Shown here: one piece after another, positions 26,486 through 32,000 of the stretch | Layout of the letters: the number at the start of each line of letters is the position of its first letter | Numbering within the stretch: position 1 is the stretch's first letter | Assembly: GCF_003072485.1 (NCBI RefSeq) | Contig: NZ_CP025989.1 | Span: 570,001 to 602,000, forward strand | Source of the DNA: Candidatus Fokinia solitaria | GTDB lineage: Bacteria > Pseudomonadota > Alphaproteobacteria > Rickettsiales > Midichloriaceae | Length of the DNA stretch: 32,000 bases | Direction: 5' to 3' | Made by a program: the position numbers and the translations under genes | Notes under the pieces: model-generated | Seen by the model: the letters and a program-made list of their open reading frames with translations, nothing else | Told to the model about the DNA's origin: nothing | Database searches by the model: none

Positions 26486-26884
26486 ATGTCTCTAAATAGC
26501 ATTTTTTGCGACTCTATCACGAGAATTAGAAATGCATGTATGGTGAAACGTGATTTTACTATTTTGCAATATTCCAAATTATTGGTAAATCTTCTTAATC
26601 TCCTCAAAACTGAAGGCTATATAGAAGGTTTTGAAATTTTTGAAGAAAGAAAGGGAGTAAGATTTATAAAAGTTACTTTAAAGTACTATCACTCTCAAAG
26701 CGTCATCAAGAAAATTGGAGTAGTTTCTAGGCCCGGCTGTAAAGTGTATACTGGCGCAGATAGAATACCTAGGTACATGGACGGTTTAGGCACGGTAATA
26801 CTCTCTACTCCAAAGGGACTTCTTCCAGATCGTGAGGCACGAGAAATGAAAGTCGGAGGTGAAGTACTTGCCGTCGTTCTATAA
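26486..26884 (+). CDS. rpsH: 30S ribosomal protein S8
   Basis: From the ATG at 26486 the protein is 132 aa. It matches S8 along its full length: DSITRIRNA, LKTEGYIEGF, VSRPG.KVY, LGTVILSTPKGLL.DREAR and VGGEVLAVV. The longer track ORF starts at a TTG at 26426 and adds a non-homologous extension. Confidence 0.9.
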   Translation: MSLNSIFCDSITRIRNACMVKRDFTILQYSKLLVNLLNLLKTEGYIEGFEIFEERKGVRFIKVTLKYYHSQSVIKKIGVVSRPGCKVYTGADRIPRYMDGLGTVILSTPKGLLPDREAREMKVGGEVLAVVL

Positions 26885-26956
26885 TAGGTAATAACTTGAA
26901 TTCAATATTTTGCACCCTATATTAGGTATTTGTGCTTACTCAGTTAAATTTTTGAC

Positions 26957-28075
26957 ATGTCCGATAAGGATTATTACAAAGTACTCGGAGTCTCTAGAAG
27001 TGCCGATACCGATGAAATAAAAAAAGCTTATAGGAAGCTTGCTATGCAATATCATCCGGATAGAAATAACGGTGATAAAAAAGCAGAACAAAAATTCAAA
27101 GAAATAAACGAAGCTTACGAAACATTAAGTGATAGCACAAAAAGAGCGTCATATGATAAGTTCGGTAGTGCAGGTGCAGGACACGGGTTTTCTAGTGCAA
27201 ACAGTAGTCATGATTTTTCTGACTTTTCTGATTTTTTCAGTGGTATCTTTAACGAATTTTCCGGTGGTAGAAGACAGAAAAAAAGACCTATGGAAAGTCC
27301 TGGCGCAGATCTAAAATATGACTTATCAATTACACTAGAGGACGCGTATAATGGAAAGAAACATCCAATAGAATTCCGCTCATATGTGAGATGCGGAGAC
27401 TGTACTGGCACCGGCGGAAAAAATGGTGATAAAAATTTTATCGAATGCTCTCATTGTAAAGGAAGTGGCACCATGCAATACCAACAAGGATTTTTCGCAG
27501 TGCAAAATACATGTAAATACTGCAATGGTTGCGGGTATGATTTAAAGAATCCATGTCCGACTTGTAAAGGCACTGGAAGAGTACAGAAAGATCGTTCGAT
27601 ATCAGTATCGATACCTAAGGGCATTAGAAGTGGAGATAAAATAAAAATTCAGAATGAAGGAGAAGCAGGTATCAGAGGAGGGATGAGTGGCTCTCTATTT
27701 GTATTCATTGAAGTAATGGGACATGAATTTTATAAGAGAAATGGAAACGATCTAGAGTGCGAAGTGCCAGTGAAGTTCCATGTTGCAGCGCTTGGAGGAG
27801 AAGTAGAATTTTACAATATAGATAAAAATCTTATAAAAATACAAATTCCAGAAGGCACTCAATCAAGTGCAGTATTTAGATTAAAACAGAAAGGCATGCC
27901 CGTCGTCAATTACTCCAATTACGGAGATCTATACGTACGCATAAAAGTGGAAGTACCTACAAAGCTCACTGAATCTCAAAAAGACATCTTAAAACACTTT
28001 GCTGAATCTACACAAGATAACTCATACCCTAGCGTTACGGGCTTTTTTTCGAGAATTAGAGATATGTTTAAGTAA
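26957..28075 (+). CDS. dnaJ: Molecular chaperone DnaJ
   Basis: 372 aa. J-domain (DYYKVLGV...YHPDRN), a G/F-rich linker, four CxxCxGxG zinc-finger repeats, and a C-terminal substrate-binding domain. Confidence 0.95.
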   Translation: MSDKDYYKVLGVSRSADTDEIKKAYRKLAMQYHPDRNNGDKKAEQKFKEINEAYETLSDSTKRASYDKFGSAGAGHGFSSANSSHDFSDFSDFFSGIFNEFSGGRRQKKRPMESPGADLKYDLSITLEDAYNGKKHPIEFRSYVRCGDCTGTGGKNGDKNFIECSHCKGSGTMQYQQGFFAVQNTCKYCNGCGYDLKNPCPTCKGTGRVQKDRSISVSIPKGIRSGDKIKIQNEGEAGIRGGMSGSLFVFIEVMGHEFYKRNGNDLECEVPVKFHVAALGGEVEFYNIDKNLIKIQIPEGTQSSAVFRLKQKGMPVVNYSNYGDLYVRIKVEVPTKLTESQKDILKHFAESTQDNSYPSVTGFFSRIRDMFK

Positions 28076-28173
28076 TTTTAGTTATAATGAGCGCTAGTAT
28101 TTATTATTTAAACTTTAATATATGAGATAGATTTTATATAATATTAATATGTACATCTCGTTAGATTAAATAT

Positions 28174-28803
28174 ATGTCAACACAACGCAATCTCATTCGC
28201 TGCTCTTTTATCGTTGCTTTCACTTTCTTGTGTTCCATCTTCGCTTCTGTATCGTATGCGGATTCTGCAGCATTGCACATCAAAGAAGCGTTTACAAGAA
28301 AGTGTGCTGAAGTGTCGGAAAAAACGTTCAGCATTATGAATAACAAGAACTCCTCGTCACAACAGAAAGAGAAAGCACTGGAGGAGATACTGTATAATAC
28401 TATGAGTGTAGAGCAAATGGCGCAGTTTGCTGCTTCATCATTCTGGAATAATATGAGTGAAGTTCAAAAAAATTCTTATATAAAAGCATACTCTTCATAC
28501 ATGGTGAAGCAGTATATTCCTAAAATACAAAAATACATTAGCAGCGATATAAAAGTAGGAGATGTAAGAGAATTAAGTAAAGATAATTATAGAATCAAAG
28601 CATCTATAATACTTATGACGAACGAACAACGTAAAGAACCTACTAACATTACCTTTGACTGTACATATGATGGAAAAGAATTAAAAATATGGAATATATC
28701 AGCTGAAGGATTCAGTCTTTTGCTAAATCAAAAAGAGGAATTTAGATCAATTATCCTACGAGAAGGCGTAGATAACTTTATTACCAAATTAAGTCAAAAA
28801 TAA
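28174..28803 (+). CDS. MlaC/Ttg2D-family periplasmic phospholipid-binding protein
   Basis: 209 aa with a signal peptide. SVEQMAQFAASSFWNNMSEVQKNSYIKAYSSYMVKQY and WNISAEGFSLLLNQKEEFRSIILREGVDNFITKL align with the corresponding E. coli MlaC blocks. Confidence 0.7.
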   Translation: MSTQRNLIRCSFIVAFTFLCSIFASVSYADSAALHIKEAFTRKCAEVSEKTFSIMNNKNSSSQQKEKALEEILYNTMSVEQMAQFAASSFWNNMSEVQKNSYIKAYSSYMVKQYIPKIQKYISSDIKVGDVRELSKDNYRIKASIILMTNEQRKEPTNITFDCTYDGKELKIWNISAEGFSLLLNQKEEFRSIILREGVDNFITKLSQK

Positions 28804-28910
28804 GGAAATTCACTATAGCTTAGTCGCTGTCTTTCTATAAAAAACAATGCACTATAGATGTAGTTATGGTATCTTTCACTTATACGTAAAACTTTTTATG
28901 CAGCATTGTC

Positions 28911-29246
28911 ATGAAAGAAGTTACTCTTCATTTCTTCGATAAGGATAGTAATAAAATAACTGTACAAGCAACAGTAGGGCTATCAATACTCGAGATAGCA
29001 AGAAAATTTCATATACCAATTGAAGGTGCATGCGAAGGTGCTTTAGCATGCTCTACATGTCATATCATTCTCGAGCAAGAGACGTATGCCAAATTGAGTA
29101 AACCATCTTCCGAAGAAGATGATATGCTAGACTTAGCTTTTGGACTCACATCTACTTCTAGATTAGGATGTCAAGTAATAGTCACGCCAGAACTCAATAA
29201 TGCTATCATTAAGTTACCAAGATGCACTAGAAATATGCTGATATAG
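28911..29246 (+). CDS. fdx: 2Fe-2S ferredoxin, adrenodoxin type
   Basis: 111 aa. Cluster ligands lie in GACEGALACSTCHI and SRLGCQV. Confidence 0.9.
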   Translation: MKEVTLHFFDKDSNKITVQATVGLSILEIARKFHIPIEGACEGALACSTCHIILEQETYAKLSKPSSEEDDMLDLAFGLTSTSRLGCQVIVTPELNNAIIKLPRCTRNMLI

Positions 29247-29311
29247 TACAATGTACTTTACATGTATCTTATATCGATTATCATGATATAAAGGTTGCAT
29301 AAAGATTATCA

Positions 29312-30463
29312 ATGATAAATCTTTTCAAAAGCTCCATCAGTCCTAAGGCTATATTCGGACTATTAGCAGCAATGGCAAAAGGGCTTGTTATAGGATTTAA
29401 TGCGTTATTACTGAACTCATACTCTTCGATACTAGATATCAAGGCAAAGTTGCGCTCACCTATTGAAGCGCAATACTCTATAATGCAATACCACTTCTCC
29501 AAATGTAATTTTCAAGATGCCGTCTTCAGAGCTTGGATATTGACAAAATTTCTGAAATATCATGATTCTGAGATGGATTACATAGCAGGAGTGTCTTACT
29601 TTCACATGAAAAAGTACGACAAAGCAGTACCAATGCTGCAAAAATACTTACTCTACGGTAAACAGCATATATCTGAAGTAGAAACGCTACTTCTTATCTC
29701 CAATTCAGTTCTTGCGGAAAAAATCACACTTCCATCTTCAACATTGCAACGTTTGAGAGAACTCTTATTGAAAGCAATTGTAAGTAAGACATCACTTTCC
29801 ATATTACAATACATTACACATAAATTTTTCAAAGCTGATCAGTATATGATCCATAGAAATATAGCATCTTCAATCAAAACACTTCTTTCCGCAAACACAG
29901 ATATCATACTAATAGATATCCAATTTTTATACTCTCTTACTGGACTATACTTGAAAGATGAAATAGAAAACTGCTTATTAGTTGGCGTAGATTATGATAA
30001 AAAAATGCTGCCACATTATAATACTCTTCCAACTATCATCGAATTAAGATCTCCTACAAAATTTATATCAAGACTCTTAGACGGCAAAACAAGTGTACCG
30101 CAAAACATTCAAAACACTTTAGGATACGATAAAATCGTCAGTGCACTGCCTCCTAAGATAGAATCTTGCATAGCCTTATTTTGTGACGTCATGACATATC
30201 ATGCGAATTGGCTTACGCTACTATCAAATATGTGCAAAAAACTCTCGCAAAATTCACAAATAATCGTCACATTTCGCACTTTAGAAGGTATCACTGGTAC
30301 ACTATATCATCAAGAACATATGATGTTATACGAAGAAGAATTTGTGAAGAATGCACTTTCAAGTATTGGAATAACAACTGAAAATTCATACCATATCGAT
30401 AATTATGCGATTTTATCAGATAAAAAGTACGAAACTGTGCTATTAATAGCAAAGAAACTTTAG
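29312..30463 (+). CDS. TPR-containing protein with a C-terminal methyltransferase-like domain (COG4976-like), SAM motif degenerate
   Basis: 383 aa. A TPR-like segment (DAVFRAWILTKFLKYHDSEMDYIAGVSYFHMKKYDKAVPMLQKY) is followed by a class I MTase-like layout (IILIDIQFLYSLTGLY / VGVDYDKKML / ALFCDVMTYHANWLTLLSNMCKKLSQNSQIIVTF). The assignment is by pattern only. Confidence 0.45.
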   Translation: MINLFKSSISPKAIFGLLAAMAKGLVIGFNALLLNSYSSILDIKAKLRSPIEAQYSIMQYHFSKCNFQDAVFRAWILTKFLKYHDSEMDYIAGVSYFHMKKYDKAVPMLQKYLLYGKQHISEVETLLLISNSVLAEKITLPSSTLQRLRELLLKAIVSKTSLSILQYITHKFFKADQYMIHRNIASSIKTLLSANTDIILIDIQFLYSLTGLYLKDEIENCLLVGVDYDKKMLPHYNTLPTIIELRSPTKFISRLLDGKTSVPQNIQNTLGYDKIVSALPPKIESCIALFCDVMTYHANWLTLLSNMCKKLSQNSQIIVTFRTLEGITGTLYHQEHMMLYEEEFVKNALSSIGITTENSYHIDNYAILSDKKYETVLLIAKKL

Positions 30464-30502
30464 TTATGATGAATTGTACGAAAACTGCATTTTAATAGCA
30501 TT

Positions 30503-32000
30503 GTGAAATCACAAATTATACAATTTCTTCAAAATATAGGAAAAGAATATGAACAGCATAATTTATGCTTCGTTTCCGATTATTCCATTGATAGCGCAGA
30601 GTTATTTGAATTAATTATCAAGGAAAAATTGCTATGCTGTAATTCAATTACATTCATCAGTTGTTGCGATTTTCTGAGTAATGCTACAACTAAAACATTA
30701 TGTAGTACGTACGACACAAATTTATTGCAAGTCTCATCGATATTAAATCGTAACAGCACAAAACAACTCATATCAATGCAAGATGCTATTCTCGCTACAG
30801 CTTTATATTGCAAATCACGCAACTTAACATATACGTCTAATGATACCTATAATCAATTTGTGCTATATAAAAACGATGATGATTTCAAAACTTTCATCGA
30901 AGCTGTATGCGACAGCAGAAATGTATATTCTCCATGGCAAATACTAGAATCGATGGAAGGCTGCATTATGATCGCAGTAGAACCAATTAATAACAGATGC
31001 TTACTAAGAAATTTTTCAAAATATCACATAAAATATGAGATAACTGCTGCACAGAAGTATCTCGAGAACTCGATATCTCTCAAAGATCACAGATTAAATA
31101 AAAAACACGTATATATCATTTCTGATGATGATAAGTACATAAATTTGGTAATAGCAAAATTATGTGATGCCACTTCAGTACCAAAGCAGTCTGCAGAAAT
31201 TCTGAGTAAGATGAAGTATATTTTAGCTTCTTTAGAAAGAAGTGAATATCATTATAGCACGCTTATTACAATATTACTTGCAAGTGATATTAGTAAATCT
31301 TTCATATTTAAATTATCGCACATATTACGAGGAAAGAACTTTATATACATCGAGCAAATCGCAAATTTTCTAGAAAATGATCCGTCTCTCTCAGAGGAAC
31401 ATGATATACAAAGAGTAATAACGATCGCAAAATTTATACAAACGCTACTAGATAATCTAGAAAATGGAGTAATGACTACTCTAAGTATCATATTCGAATT
31501 AGCGAAAGCTCTCAATGATACATCTTCTTCCGAAAGTGATGAGTATATATCAAAAACGTTGGATGATATTTCACAGTTATACAACTTCATTGAACACGAT
31601 GCACTAGATCTTCGAAAGCTTGTCGATGCACTACAGGTCACAAGTAGTACAACTACGACGCACTGTCAAAATATCTTCTTTCACTCTATTCACGATTTTC
31701 TGAAAATAGACGATATTGATACAAACTGTATCATATACTTTCCGTTAAACAAGAATACAGCAACTGCACAGCTAAGTATGGAAAGTTATAAAGTTATACA
31801 GCTAGTACTTAATAAACAAAGAGAATGTATCATAGGATACGATAGAGATCGTTCTCTGCAAGCGCTTCAAGCGGAAAAGGTTCACTCATTCTGCTTACGC
31901 GTTCCATTTTTTTTATCTTCGCGTAAATTCTTTAGTCTCGTACATTATCCGGAGCAGTACTATATCACAGCACATAGTAATCAAGATATTGGCTTGAAAT
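30503..32000 (+). CDS. Hypothetical protein, N-terminal ~500 aa (continues beyond the window end)
   Basis: Manual translation shows an uninterrupted frame from the TGA at 30470-30472 to position 32000 (...DDDFKTFIEAVCDSRNVYSPWQILESMEG...HYPEQYYITAHSNQDIGLK). Candidate starts are GTG at 30503 and ATG at 30776. It is not in the track because no stop lies inside the window. I recognise no motif. Confidence 0.55.
   Translation, partial: MKSQIIQFLQNIGKEYEQHNLCFVSDYSIDSAELFELIIKEKLLCCNSITFISCCDFLSNATTKTLCSTYDTNLLQVSSILNRNSTKQLISMQDAILATALYCKSRNLTYTSNDTYNQFVLYKNDDDFKTFIEAVCDSRNVYSPWQILESMEGCIMIAVEPINNRCLLRNFSKYHIKYEITAAQKYLENSISLKDHRLNKKHVYIISDDDKYINLVIAKLCDATSVPKQSAEILSKMKYILASLERSEYHYSTLITILLASDISKSFIFKLSHILRGKNFIYIEQIANFLENDPSLSEEHDIQRVITIAKFIQTLLDNLENGVMTTLSIIFELAKALNDTSSSESDEYISKTLDDISQLYNFIEHDALDLRKLVDALQVTSSTTTTHCQNIFFHSIHDFLKIDDIDTNCIIYFPLNKNTATAQLSMESYKVIQLVLNKQRECIIGYDRDRSLQALQAEKVHSFCLRVPFFLSSRKFFSLVHYPEQYYITAHSNQDIGLK

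Noticed and set aside
1-32000. CRISPR arrays, IS elements or transposases, rRNA, tmRNA, RNase P or SRP RNA
   Set aside because: I saw no regularly spaced short repeats, no transposase-like ORFs and none of the conserved RNA motifs I could recognise by eye. A covariance-model scan would be needed to exclude small RNAs.

Overview
This is an AT-rich, gene-dense bacterial chromosome segment. The gene content looks alphaproteobacterial and most resembles a Rickettsiales-type intracellular bacterium: VirD4 type IV coupling protein, ClpX, TopA, TolQ, a DUF1058 SH3 protein, SpoT, MnmA, Pth, a PPDK regulator, DnaJ and an adrenodoxin-type ferredoxin. That taxonomic call is inference only. I can support 26 protein-coding genes, two of which run off the window edges and are missing from the ORF track. 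I also support 5 intact tRNAs (Leu-UAA, Tyr-GUA, Thr-UGU, Val-UAC, Asp-GUC) and one truncated tRNA-Thr copy. Most genes are housekeeping. The accessory or unusual content is as follows. (1) An intact EcoR124-like (type IC) hsdM-hsdS-hsdR restriction-modification cassette lies between a tRNA-Leu/tRNA-Tyr pair and virD4. It carries a 12-bp tandem repeat in the hsdS spacer-determining region and a 30-bp in-frame duplication next to the HsdR nuclease motif. (2) virD4 has no virB neighbours and is tightly coupled to a quinone-oxidoreductase homologue whose NAD(P)H glycine motif is lost. (3) A 350-bp direct repeat with 4 mismatches brackets queC-trxA, leaving a truncated tRNA-Thr and a hydrolase 3' fragment and supplying the queC stop codon. 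(4) An orphan ORF sits behind a roughly 500-bp non-coding stretch. (5) Conserved operons are widely scattered, for example rpsH alone downstream of tRNAs. I found no CRISPR array, transposase, integrase or rRNA. I cannot show a clearly novel multi-gene system from sequence alone. The best candidates are the qor-like/virD4/type I R-M block and the queC-trxA repeat structure.
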